From assembly GCA_965197375.1 (NCBI GenBank), contig CBDAMZ010000009.1, positions 137,956 through 201,955 on the forward strand: a stretch of DNA of 64,000 nucleotides, in the 5' to 3' direction. This DNA is from Vicinamibacterales bacterium (GTDB lineage: Bacteria > Acidobacteriota > Vicinamibacteria > Vicinamibacterales > UBA8438). Under the pieces are notes generated by a model that saw only the letters and a program-made list of their open reading frames with translations, searched no databases and was not told the origin of the DNA. The position numbers and the translations under genes are program-made. This document shows positions 27,600 to 36,312 of the stretch, piece after piece; the stretch's first letter is position 1; each line of letters starts with the position of its first letter.

Positions 27600-27938
27600 A
27601 GCACCGGTGAAAAGACGGGTATTGTCGGCCAGATCCGGATCGACGTGTCCGCCCACGGGCTGTTTTTCTCAATATTCATGGGGTCTCGTCAAAACATAGC
27701 AAAATCGAATTTCGCGAAACTGCGCGTGAAGGCGGGCGGACGGTCACGCCGCTCATCCGGACGAGATTCGGGGGTGGGGGGTACGGCGCACGCCGAGCCG
27801 TTGGTGTCGATACCTCCACACTCGCGGCCGCGGCGGGCGTCGAGGTCGTTTCGTTTCTGACCAGTTCGGCCGCAAGTTCGCCGACGAGAACAACGTGGCC
27901 CGAGGCACCTCAGAAATGAGATTTTGATTTTCCTAGAG
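27600..27938 (-). repeat. truncated copy of the ~1-kb repeat (complete ~260-nt leader + first ~25 codons of the small ORF)
   Basis: 27680-27938 matches the leaders at 23047-23306 and 39394-39649 almost base for base, including the terminus ...GATTTTGATTTTCCTAGAG. ATG at 27679 opens MNIEKNSPWADTSIRIWP, then homology is lost. Confidence 0.6.
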
Positions 27939-28124
27939 GATCGAGCCGTCATCGTCCGCATGCGATTCCACCAACCAACCCGCGACGACGTCGCCCGACG
28001 CACCGCCGATGGCCGGACCACACGCGAGATCATCCGATGCCTGAAACGCTTCCTTGCGCGAGAGATCTACCAACGCGTCATGACAGACTTCCGCAGACGC
28101 CAAGCCGTCACCCAGGCCGCTTAA
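27939..28124 (+). pseudogene. IS110-family transposase, C-terminal fragment
   Basis: DRAVIVRMRFHQPTRDDVARRTADGRTTREIIRCLKRFLAREIYQRV matches the conserved IS110/IS116/IS902 C-terminal tail (R..AEGK...E..RCLKR..AR..Y). It starts directly at the repeat terminus. Confidence 0.7.
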
Positions 28125-28166
28125 AACGCGTGTCTTGACATATAGGGGCGTCTGCCGTCGCCGACG

Positions 28167-28862
28167 ATGAACATGCACTGGCGTCCCGACGTTCATTCAG
28201 CCACTTGCGTCGATATTCCTGTAGTCGTCGCAACGCACCCTCCAATGGCCCACAAAGACTGGAAGGCGGCTCAAGAGCCGTGGGGATCTTCCGACTACAC
28301 AGACGATTCGGCGTTCGGCCAGTACGCTCGACTCGCCAAGACGGGAAGGTTCAGGTTCCCGAAGGGTGGACAGGCACCGTACTGGTTTGGCGAATTCCAT
28401 GCGGGCCTGCTGCTAGATCGTGCAGGTTTCACGTGTTGGACCAATGTGCAGTTGTTCGATCACCGAAAACCGAAGCGCGGCTTCTGGTTGAAGAACACGG
28501 ATGAAGTCCGGGGGAAGTGGCCTCAGGCATGGAAGTGGCCCGGTGATATTCAGCAAACGCTGGACTTTCTACCAAGGACACCTGACCTTGTAGCGCGCCA
28601 CCCACGGAAGGGCTGGCGGTTCTGTGAGGTAAAGCGCCTCAAGGATCGAATCAACAACGACCAAGTAAGGGCCCTTGCCGTACTGCACCTGCTGACCGGC
28701 GCACCCGTGGCCATCGTCCGGGTGGTGCCGGAGGGAGAACGGACCGACTGGGCACCGTGCGAGGCCCTGCTCACGTACCAAAATGGTGTTCACCCGCCAT
28801 GGTTTCGGCGAACTAGCCGCACAGTGGGCTCCACGCTGACGTCCGCTCTACCGGACAGTTGA
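28167..28862 (+). CDS. VRR-NUC-like PD-(D/E)XK nuclease domain protein
   Basis: 231-aa ORF. TPDLVARHPRKGWRFCEVKRLKDRINNDQVRAL fits the VRR-NUC core (PDL...EVK...D.l...Q). The start is uncertain (alternative M27 at 28245). Confidence 0.6.
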   Translation: MNMHWRPDVHSATCVDIPVVVATHPPMAHKDWKAAQEPWGSSDYTDDSAFGQYARLAKTGRFRFPKGGQAPYWFGEFHAGLLLDRAGFTCWTNVQLFDHRKPKRGFWLKNTDEVRGKWPQAWKWPGDIQQTLDFLPRTPDLVARHPRKGWRFCEVKRLKDRINNDQVRALAVLHLLTGAPVAIVRVVPEGERTDWAPCEALLTYQNGVHPPWFRRTSRTVGSTLTSALPDS

Positions 28863-29186
28863 CAGGCAGACAAGCACTAAACCTGGAACTTCACGGTAAA
28901 GGTGGTCCCGAAGAGGTCGAACGCCATTCTCGGCCGCCGCCTGCGTCTCCGCCATCCAGATGCCGTGCCGCATGGCCTTCGCCTTGGGCTGAACGCCTTT
29001 GGGGAGCTTGTTGAAGACATTGGCCGTCTTGCGGACCCAACACCGCTGTTCGCGGGTGTTCGGGAACATTTTCCGCACCGCGCCCCAGAAGCCGAAGCCG
29101 CCATCGGCAATGGCCAGTTCGGGATTGATTGTGAGCCCGCGCTCCCGAACATCCGCTCGTATCCTAGCTGGTTCAGTGCCCGGCAA
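28848..29186 (-). pseudogene. IS256-family transposase, internal fragment
   Basis: ELAIADGGFGFWGAVRKMFPNTREQRCWVRKTANVFNKLPKGVQPKAKAMRHGIWMAETQAAAE matches the IS256 core (ADGA.GF..A....FP....QRCWVHK..NVLNKLPK..Q). Confidence 0.75.
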
Positions 29187-29276
29187 TCACGATCTTCCAC
29201 GCCGGCATCTACCGCATCTTGTAGTGCCACGGGATGAGTTGGAAGCTGGCCCGCGGTCGATTAGCATTCATGAGCC

Positions 29277-32200
29277 TTGACCGACCCCTTCATCGCTCAA
29301 CTCGCCCAGCTTTGCCAAGACAGTCCAACCCGCTCGAAGTGGGTCATCGTCCCCACCCATGCCCTCGGGCACACCATCGGCGATCGTCTTGTCCTTGAGG
29401 GAACCCACTGGGCGAATCTCCGCTTCAAGACGCCGTTCGACTTGGCCTTCGAGCTCGCTGGCCCTTGTCTCGCTGAACGCGGCATCGACCCGGCGGCGGA
29501 CGACTCCGGCCCGGCGCTGATCATGAGCCTCCTCCGCGAACTGCCGGATGACATCCCTGCATACTTCAGGCACCTCGTGTTGCATCCGCAAATGGGCTCG
29601 GCGCTGTGGACCACCGTTCGTGAGCTGCGACTCGCCGGGATCGCTTCGAGCGACGTTGCACCCGACGGGTTTGAGAACGCTGACAAACATGCCGAGCTGG
29701 TCGCGCTCCTTGCGGCCTTCGAGGCACATCTTGCGTCACGACGTCTCGCCGATCGCGCGACGGTCTATCGCGAAGCGCTGCAGCATCTAGAGGATTCCGC
29801 GATCGGCCCGGAGGATCCGGTTCTTCGCATGCCGGACGTCATCTGGGCCCCGCTGGTTCAGCAGCTCCTGGACGGCCTTCCAGGTCAGTGCATCGAGCCG
29901 ATTGCGCCTCGAATACCTGGCTCGCGGCGCCCGCGCCGCTTCGCCGAGGTTCCGGCACGCGAGCAGGCGGTCTCATTTCCACTGGCATACCTGTTGTCTC
30001 CGACTGAGGTTAGTGAGCCGGCCTCGCCCGATCAGCTCCAGCTGTTTCGCGCCGGCGGTCGAGAGGCCGAAGTCGAAGAGGTGTTTCGACGGATCCTCCA
30101 TGGTGACAAGGGCTCACTGAGCTTCGATCACGTCGAGATTGCCTGTTCGTCTCCCGACTACGTGCCTCTGATCTGGCAGAAGGCACAGCGATACGAGTGG
30201 CCGATCACGTTCGCTCCTGGACTGCCTGTCACGGTTGCACGTCCGGCACGAGCGCTCCTGGCCTGGTGCGACTGGATAGAAGAAGGATTTCCCGCGAGCG
30301 GTCTTCGTCGCCTGTTTCAGTCTGGCGATGTGCGACTCGAGATTCCCGATGGGCCCAAGGCCGGACGTGCGGCCCGACTGCTGCTGCGCGCGGAGGCAAC
30401 ATGGGGACGTCAGACGTACGCGTCGCGACTGACGGCTCTCGCAGCCACGGAGCGCACCCTGGCCGCCGATCCAGAAGTCGAAACCGATGAAGCCGTGCAC
30501 CGGCTCGAACGAGCGGTACACGCCGAACAACTGCGCGACTGGATTACGGCCCTGCTCGTAGCCATTCCCGAAGCCTCAACGACAGCACCGGTCTCTCTGC
30601 TCGACGTCGTGACCGCAGCACACGCGTTCATCGACCGTTTTGCGACGACGTCAATAGAGATGGACCGTCAGGCCAAGCATGCAGTGAAGGTTGCTCTCGA
30701 CGAACTTAGAACGCTGGGGCAGGTGTCGCAGCCGACACGTGAGTGTTTGCAGTTGATTCGAGCGTCACTGGAAGGGGTGACCGTCGCCCCCGACCGCGCA
30801 CGGCCAGGGCACCTCCATGTGACGATGCTGCAACGTGCCGGTTTCGCTGGTCGGCCACACACCTTTGTCGTCGGGCTCCAGGAAGGCCGCGTGTTTCCGC
30901 TCCCCGTTGAAGACCCGGTCTTGCTCGACGCTGAGCGCGAAACGATTCACCCGTCACTCGCCACGTCACTTGACCGCGTCGAGGAATCGGTGCACACCGT
31001 GGTGTCGAGAATGGCGGTCCTTGGCGCAGGCGGCGCTGCGTCACAATCGGGCCTCGCGGTCTCGTCCTGGACCCTCTCGTACTCCTGTCGTGACCTGCGC
31101 GACTATCGCGAGACGTTCCCGTCGTGGCTGATGCTGCAGGCGAGACGCTTGCGGGACCCACAGCGGGAGATCACGTACGAGCAACTGGGCCGCGACCTCG
31201 GCGAGCCGGTCTCGGTGGTACCTCGCACTGGCGAGGCGGCTTTATCGGATGCCGGGTGGTGGTTGAGCGGCCTCCAGAAGGTGGGCAACGCAGGACTTGA
31301 ATCGCTATTCGTGGCCTATCCGATGCTCGCCCGAGGGCTGCAGGCCGAGCACGAGCGAGCGTCGACTCGATTTACGGAGTTCGACGGCTTTGTTCCAGCC
31401 GCGGCCGCCCAGCTCGATCCCCGACAATCGGGTCGCCCGATCTCGGCCAGTAAACTCGAGGGGTTGGCGGCGTGCCCGTTTCGCTACTTCTTGCAGGTCG
31501 GTCTCCGGCTGCGGCCACTGGACGACGAGGACCGCGATCCAGACGAGTGGCTCGACCCGCTCATCCGAGGTGGTGAGCTCCACGCGCTCTACGCCGACGT
31601 GATGCGCCAGCTCCGACAGCTGTCGGACACCGGCGAGCCAGTCGACCCGCGCCGCCAAACGGCATGGCTCCGGCAGCGGGCCCTCGCCCGCCTCGAGATT
31701 CTGAGAAGCGAGCGACCGCCACCATCGGACGCTATCTTCGAGCGCGACCGCGATCAGATACTGCGTGACCTCGAGCTGTTCTTGGCATACGAAGCGGTCA
31801 ATCGTGCCGACGGGCACGAACCCGTCGGGTTCGAGGTCGGATTCGGTCTATCGCACGGCACATCCGATACCGCCGAGCCTCTCAGCCGAGCCGAGCCGGT
31901 GGAGCTCGCCTTGGGTGCGCTCCGCTTTCGTATCCGGGGCCGGATTGACCGAATCGATCGCATCGGTCCGGGACACTACGAAGTCACCGACTACAAGACA
32001 GGGTCGTTCTTCCGGCCGGCCTACACAGGCACCTTCAACGGAGGGCGCCTCCTGCAGCACGCGCTGTATGGCATCGCCACAGCGGACCTGCTGCGGGCAC
32101 ACGACAGCAGCGCCATTGTCAGCACAGGCACGTACTACTTCCCCAGCCAACAAGGTGGTGGGCAAAAGAAGCGGATTCCGCATCCACCTCAAGCCACGTT

Positions 32201-32450
32201 GGCGCAAGTGTTTACAGATCTACTCGACATTCCTGGCGCAGGAGCGTACCTGCACACGGCGGACGAGGAAGACTGCCGGTTCTGTGAGCTGTCTGCTGCA
32301 TGTGGGGGTAAGCGCAAAAAGGGAACCGGTCCGAACCTCGAGAAGGCCCCGGCCGCCCGTGCACATGCAAGGACGAAGCTGAAGGCGGCCATGGCGGGCG
32401 ACATCAACGACGCGCTGAAACCGTTTCTCCGGGTGCGTGAATGTGATTAA
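29277..32450 (+). CDS. AddB-like PD-(D/E)XK nuclease subunit (degenerate helicase-like N-terminal region, C-terminal nuclease with Fe-S cysteines)
   Basis: 1057-aa ORF (TTG start). No Walker A seen. The C-terminal nuclease core is RIRGRIDRIDRIGPGHYEVTDYKTGS. The cysteine set LAACPFRYF ... EEDCRFCELSAACG resembles the AddB iron-sulfur staple. It overlaps the next gene by 14 nt. Confidence 0.8.
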   Translation: MTDPFIAQLAQLCQDSPTRSKWVIVPTHALGHTIGDRLVLEGTHWANLRFKTPFDLAFELAGPCLAERGIDPAADDSGPALIMSLLRELPDDIPAYFRHLVLHPQMGSALWTTVRELRLAGIASSDVAPDGFENADKHAELVALLAAFEAHLASRRLADRATVYREALQHLEDSAIGPEDPVLRMPDVIWAPLVQQLLDGLPGQCIEPIAPRIPGSRRPRRFAEVPAREQAVSFPLAYLLSPTEVSEPASPDQLQLFRAGGREAEVEEVFRRILHGDKGSLSFDHVEIACSSPDYVPLIWQKAQRYEWPITFAPGLPVTVARPARALLAWCDWIEEGFPASGLRRLFQSGDVRLEIPDGPKAGRAARLLLRAEATWGRQTYASRLTALAATERTLAADPEVETDEAVHRLERAVHAEQLRDWITALLVAIPEASTTAPVSLLDVVTAAHAFIDRFATTSIEMDRQAKHAVKVALDELRTLGQVSQPTRECLQLIRASLEGVTVAPDRARPGHLHVTMLQRAGFAGRPHTFVVGLQEGRVFPLPVEDPVLLDAERETIHPSLATSLDRVEESVHTVVSRMAVLGAGGAASQSGLAVSSWTLSYSCRDLRDYRETFPSWLMLQARRLRDPQREITYEQLGRDLGEPVSVVPRTGEAALSDAGWWLSGLQKVGNAGLESLFVAYPMLARGLQAEHERASTRFTEFDGFVPAAAAQLDPRQSGRPISASKLEGLAACPFRYFLQVGLRLRPLDDEDRDPDEWLDPLIRGGELHALYADVMRQLRQLSDTGEPVDPRRQTAWLRQRALARLEILRSERPPPSDAIFERDRDQILRDLELFLAYEAVNRADGHEPVGFEVGFGLSHGTSDTAEPLSRAEPVELALGALRFRIRGRIDRIDRIGPGHYEVTDYKTGSFFRPAYTGTFNGGRLLQHALYGIATADLLRAHDSSAIVSTGTYYFPSQQGGGQKKRIPHPPQATLAQVFTDLLDIPGAGAYLHTADEEDCRFCELSAACGGKRKKGTGPNLEKAPAARAHARTKLKAAMAGDINDALKPFLRVRECD

Positions 32451-35400
32451 GTCCACGGCCGGGCCGAACGGTCAGGTCCCGCTGCCCGACAAGGCCAGTC
32501 GAGACGTCATCGAGCGAAACCTCGACGTCAATATGCTCGTTGAGGCCGGGGCGGGTTCAGGCAAGACGCAGAGCCTCGCCACTCGGATGGCGGCTGGTGT
32601 TCTGTCCGGAAAATATCGTGTCGAGCACATGGCGGCGGTCACATTCACCCGAAAGGCCGCGGCAGAGCTGAGGGGACGATTTCAGCAGGTGCTCGAGGAG
32701 CGTCGTGCCTCCGAAGAGGATCCCGACCGGCGACAGCGCGCGCAGGAGGCGCTGTCTCGCCTCGAGCGTCTCTTTGTTGGAACCATCCACTCGTTTTGCG
32801 CCCATCTCCTCCGGGAGCGTCCGGTCGAGGCGGGACTCGCGCCTGGGTTCGCCGAGCTTGATGACGTCGGCGCCATCGAGTCCAGGCAGCAGCTCTGGCG
32901 AGCGTTCATCGCGCGTAAGCGAGCCGAGGGAGGCGCACTGCTCCCCGAACTGCGCGATGCCGGGATCAGAGCAGGCGATCTCGACCATGCCTTCGCGACG
33001 ATCTGCACATTCGACGAGGTCGAGTTCCCAGCTGGCAACGCACCAGCACCGGACCCGACGCCGGCGTGGGCGGCCCTCGACCGTTTCTGGCAGCAGCTGG
33101 ACCCGCTGCTCCCTCGCAGGATTCCAGACGACACGACGTGCAAGGTCCTCCAGAAGGCTCGAGACGGCCAGTGGCAGATCAGGATCGCGAGACGAGACCA
33201 CCCGGCCGACCTGGTTGATCTGGTTGCGCCGTGGGAAGGCGCCTTCCGGATCACGATGAGCCGCTGGACGGAGTGGCACGAAGATCCCCGCCAGCTGCGC
33301 GAGGACATCGACCGGATGCTTGCCGACCTCCGGGCAGCTATCGGACCATTCCTCGAGGCATGGCGTCACTACGTCTACCGCCTCGCCATCACGCTCATGG
33401 TCCAAGGCCGGGAGTTTGCCCGTGCGCATCGATACCGGGCGTTGACGCTGGAGTACGAAGACCTCCTGCAGTGCGCCGCCCGCGTGCTCCGCGAGAACCT
33501 CACGGTGCGGCGGGCCTTGCAGCAGAAGTACCAGTGGCTTTTCGTCGATGAGTTCCAGGACACCGACCCGATTCAAGCCGAAGTGGTGGCCTGGCTGGCC
33601 AGCGACGGGCGCGACGCATCCGACTGGACGACCGTGTCTCTCCGGCCGGGCGCGTTGTTCATCGTCGGCGACCCGAAGCAGTCGATCTACCGCTTTCGTC
33701 GGGCTGACATCGAGATCTACAGTCGGGTGAGCGAACTCATTCACCAAAGCGGGGGAAGTCTCGTTCCACTCGCAGCCAACTTCAGAGCAACACCGCTCCT
33801 CTGCCAGTGGGCCAATGGTGTGTTCAAGGACGTGTTCCCCGACGTCCCGACGCCCCAGCAACCGCAGTATCAGAGGCTCGAGCCAGCGCCATCATTCGAC
33901 ACCAACCAGTCTCCTTCGCCGAGTGGCAGAACCACGGGCATTCGCGTCCTGACCACGCCGAGTACTTGTCAGAAGGCCGCAGACGTTGTCGCACACGATG
34001 CCGGGGCCATTGCCCGCTACATTCACGCTGAGATTGACGCCGGGAATCGGCAGCTTGGTGATTTTTTGGTCTTAACGTGGAAGAAGGGCAACCTCGCCGA
34101 GTACGCACGGGCGATGGATGCGGAGCGTGTACCCGTGGAGGTGAGCGGCGCCAGCGCGTTCGGTGACTCCGAACAGGTGCACGTACTCGCCGCCTTGCTC
34201 CGGGCGCTAGTGGATCCGGATGACGAGGTTGAGGTTGTTGGCGTGCTGCGCGGACCGTTGTTCGGCGTGAGTGACCCTGCGCTCTATGCTCATCGCAGCG
34301 CGGGAGGCACGTTCATCTTCACGGCCGTCCCGCTCGAGGACGGCCCGACGACACAGGCTGAATCCAGCGTCATCCGGGCGCTCAGTCGCCTGCGTGCGAT
34401 GTACCACATCACCCGGACGCTGTCGGCTCCCGCGGCAGTCGAGCGCATCCTGGAGGACACGGGGTTACTGGCGCTGACGGTCGGCGAGACACGCGGAGGC
34501 GCGAAAGCTGGCGACCTGTTCCAGGCGTTGGACCGGGTTCGCTGGGTCACCGAGGAAGGTGGCACGCTGGCCGACGCAGCCGCGTCGCTGGAGGCTGATG
34601 TCGAGTCGAACGACATCGAGTCGTTACCCCTCGAACCAGGCCGAACCGACGTCGTGCGCCTGATGAACCTTCACAAGGCCAAGGGGCTTCAGGCTGAAGT
34701 CGTCTTCCTCGCTGATCCCTGCGGCACCTTCCTGCCCAAGGCTGACCGACGGATTGTTCGTGACGGCGAGTCTGCTCTCGGTTTCCTCAGGATCGAGCGG
34801 AAGAAGCCAGGGAGCTTTCACGGGCAGTTGTTGGGCCTTCCAGTGGGGTGGGATGCACACGAAGCGGCCGAACTCGCGTTCGTCGCCGCCGAGCACGAGC
34901 GGTTGCGATACGTGGCGGCGACCCGCGCGCGGATGCTTCTGGTTGTCAGCCGTTGGGGGAAGCCCAATGTCAGGAAGGGCCCCTGGCTGCCGTTCGAGCC
35001 ACACCTTGCTGGGATGGCTGAGCTTCAGGTGCCGACAGAAGTCAGTGAACCCACGCTGGTCAGTGTCGACCTCTCGCCGAAGGCGATCGAGGAGGCCGAC
35101 TACGCGAGAGTCCGCCGCGTCCTCAAGGGGGCTGAACTGTCGTTCACCACTGAGTCGGTCACGGGCGCCACTCACCGCGACGTCGTCGTTCGGGAAGAGG
35201 ATTCGGCGCGGTTACTCCGTGGACCCGCCACAGGCATCGAGTGGGGTGACCTCGTCCACAAGCTGCTTGAGTGTGCGGCGACGACCGGCCAGCCGGATCG
35301 GGAGCGGCTACGGCGTCGAGCAACGTGGTTGACGCGCGGAAAGCCCGCGCTTCAATCCGTCATCACCGCCACCCTCGATACCGTCGAGCAGGTGATGACA

Positions 35401-35721
35401 AGCGACATGTGGCAACGAGCACTGCACGCCGACGAACGCTACACGGAGGTACCCTTCTCGTACTCAATCGAGGCGAAATCTGGACAAACGAAGATCACCC
35501 ACGGCGTGATTGATCTGGCCTCTCGACGCGGCAATACATGGGAAATCGTGGACTACAAGACCGACCAAGTGGATGATCCTGCGGAGCTGACGGCTCGGTA
35601 TCACCAACAACTCACTGCGTATGCGCGCGCGTGGAAGACACTCAGAGCTGACGAGAGCCGTGTTCGAGTCGGCTTGCATGCCGTTCGTCTCAACTCCACC
35701 GAGTGGCGTGATGCCGTCTAG
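32437..35721 (+). CDS. UvrD/Rep-type SF1 helicase with C-terminal PD-(D/E)XK nuclease (AddA-like)
   Basis: 1094-aa ORF. Motifs: LVEAGAGSGKTQSL (Walker A), FVDEFQDTDPIQ (motif II), VGDPKQSIYRFRRAD (motif III), VRLMNLHKAKGLQAEVVFL (motif V/VI region), and the C-terminal nuclease GVIDLASRRGNTWEIVDYKTDQV. Confidence 0.85.
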   Translation: MNVIKSTAGPNGQVPLPDKASRDVIERNLDVNMLVEAGAGSGKTQSLATRMAAGVLSGKYRVEHMAAVTFTRKAAAELRGRFQQVLEERRASEEDPDRRQRAQEALSRLERLFVGTIHSFCAHLLRERPVEAGLAPGFAELDDVGAIESRQQLWRAFIARKRAEGGALLPELRDAGIRAGDLDHAFATICTFDEVEFPAGNAPAPDPTPAWAALDRFWQQLDPLLPRRIPDDTTCKVLQKARDGQWQIRIARRDHPADLVDLVAPWEGAFRITMSRWTEWHEDPRQLREDIDRMLADLRAAIGPFLEAWRHYVYRLAITLMVQGREFARAHRYRALTLEYEDLLQCAARVLRENLTVRRALQQKYQWLFVDEFQDTDPIQAEVVAWLASDGRDASDWTTVSLRPGALFIVGDPKQSIYRFRRADIEIYSRVSELIHQSGGSLVPLAANFRATPLLCQWANGVFKDVFPDVPTPQQPQYQRLEPAPSFDTNQSPSPSGRTTGIRVLTTPSTCQKAADVVAHDAGAIARYIHAEIDAGNRQLGDFLVLTWKKGNLAEYARAMDAERVPVEVSGASAFGDSEQVHVLAALLRALVDPDDEVEVVGVLRGPLFGVSDPALYAHRSAGGTFIFTAVPLEDGPTTQAESSVIRALSRLRAMYHITRTLSAPAAVERILEDTGLLALTVGETRGGAKAGDLFQALDRVRWVTEEGGTLADAAASLEADVESNDIESLPLEPGRTDVVRLMNLHKAKGLQAEVVFLADPCGTFLPKADRRIVRDGESALGFLRIERKKPGSFHGQLLGLPVGWDAHEAAELAFVAAEHERLRYVAATRARMLLVVSRWGKPNVRKGPWLPFEPHLAGMAELQVPTEVSEPTLVSVDLSPKAIEEADYARVRRVLKGAELSFTTESVTGATHRDVVVREEDSARLLRGPATGIEWGDLVHKLLECAATTGQPDRERLRRRATWLTRGKPALQSVITATLDTVEQVMTSDMWQRALHADERYTEVPFSYSIEAKSGQTKITHGVIDLASRRGNTWEIVDYKTDQVDDPAELTARYHQQLTAYARAWKTLRADESRVRVGLHAVRLNSTEWRDAV

Positions 35722-35744
35722 AGAGAGACCCGCAGCGCTGGCTG

Positions 35745-35900
35745 GACAGACGGAACTGGATTTCGAACGAATCTGGTCGGCAACAGTATCTCTGGCGAGC
35801 GGTGGACGAGGACGGCAACACACTCAGAACTTTGTCCGAAACATGCGTATCCCCGCCCAGCACCAGGGCTCGGGTCGGCGCGGGTGCGGCGCGGCGCCGG
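35745..35900 (+). pseudogene. IS6-family (IS26-like) transposase, short internal remnant
   Basis: Own reading: LDFERI...GRQQYLWRAVDEDGNTL, compared with HLDEVFVKIQGRQQYMWRAVDEDGDVLDILV in the second fragment at 56210..56539. Homology decays within ~100 nt. Confidence 0.4.
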
Positions 35901-35984
35901 TGGCTGAGCCGACGGCCATGCGGGGTGCGTCCCTGACCACCGCCCGCGTCGTGGCCATCAATCACCGAGGCTTGCTCCGAGGTC

Positions 35985-36203
35985 ATGGCTCAGGAGAGAG
36001 GCGCGGTGACGACCACTGATGTGATCAACCTGCTTGAGAGCGTCGGGTTCGACATCAAGTCCCAGTAAAACGCCAACGCTTCGGTCCATGCCGTACTGTC
36101 GCGCCTGGCTCGAAAGGATCAGATCAGCAGAGGGAACAACGAGAACGGAGTAACGTGGAAGGGACCGATGTTCGATCCAGACTACGGCAACATTCCATTT
36201 TAG
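35985..36203 (+). pseudogene. small hypothetical (winged-helix-like) gene with an in-frame TAA
   Basis: Own translation (both halves are below the ORF-track cutoff): MAQERGAVTTTDVINLLESVGFDIKSQ-TAA(36066-36068)-NANASVHAVLSRLARKDQISRGNNENGVTWKGPMFDPDYGNIPF-TAG(36201-36203). Single frame throughout. Confidence 0.35.
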
Positions 36204-36312
36204 GGCTGACCGGCATGACCTTGGCGATCTACAGGTAGCGACCGACGGCCCTACGGAAATTGATGCCCCAAGCGCCGTCAGTTCGGATACGAGTCCTGCG
36301 TGCGGCCGATGG

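Noticed and set aside
16040-29186. The two IS256 transposase fragments (16040..16355 on the + strand, 28848..29186 on the - strand) as ends of a compound transposon, or as two halves of one inverted gene.
   Set aside because: The fragments cover different, non-adjacent parts of the transposase and neither has recognisable IS ends. That is too little to support a specific rearrangement model.
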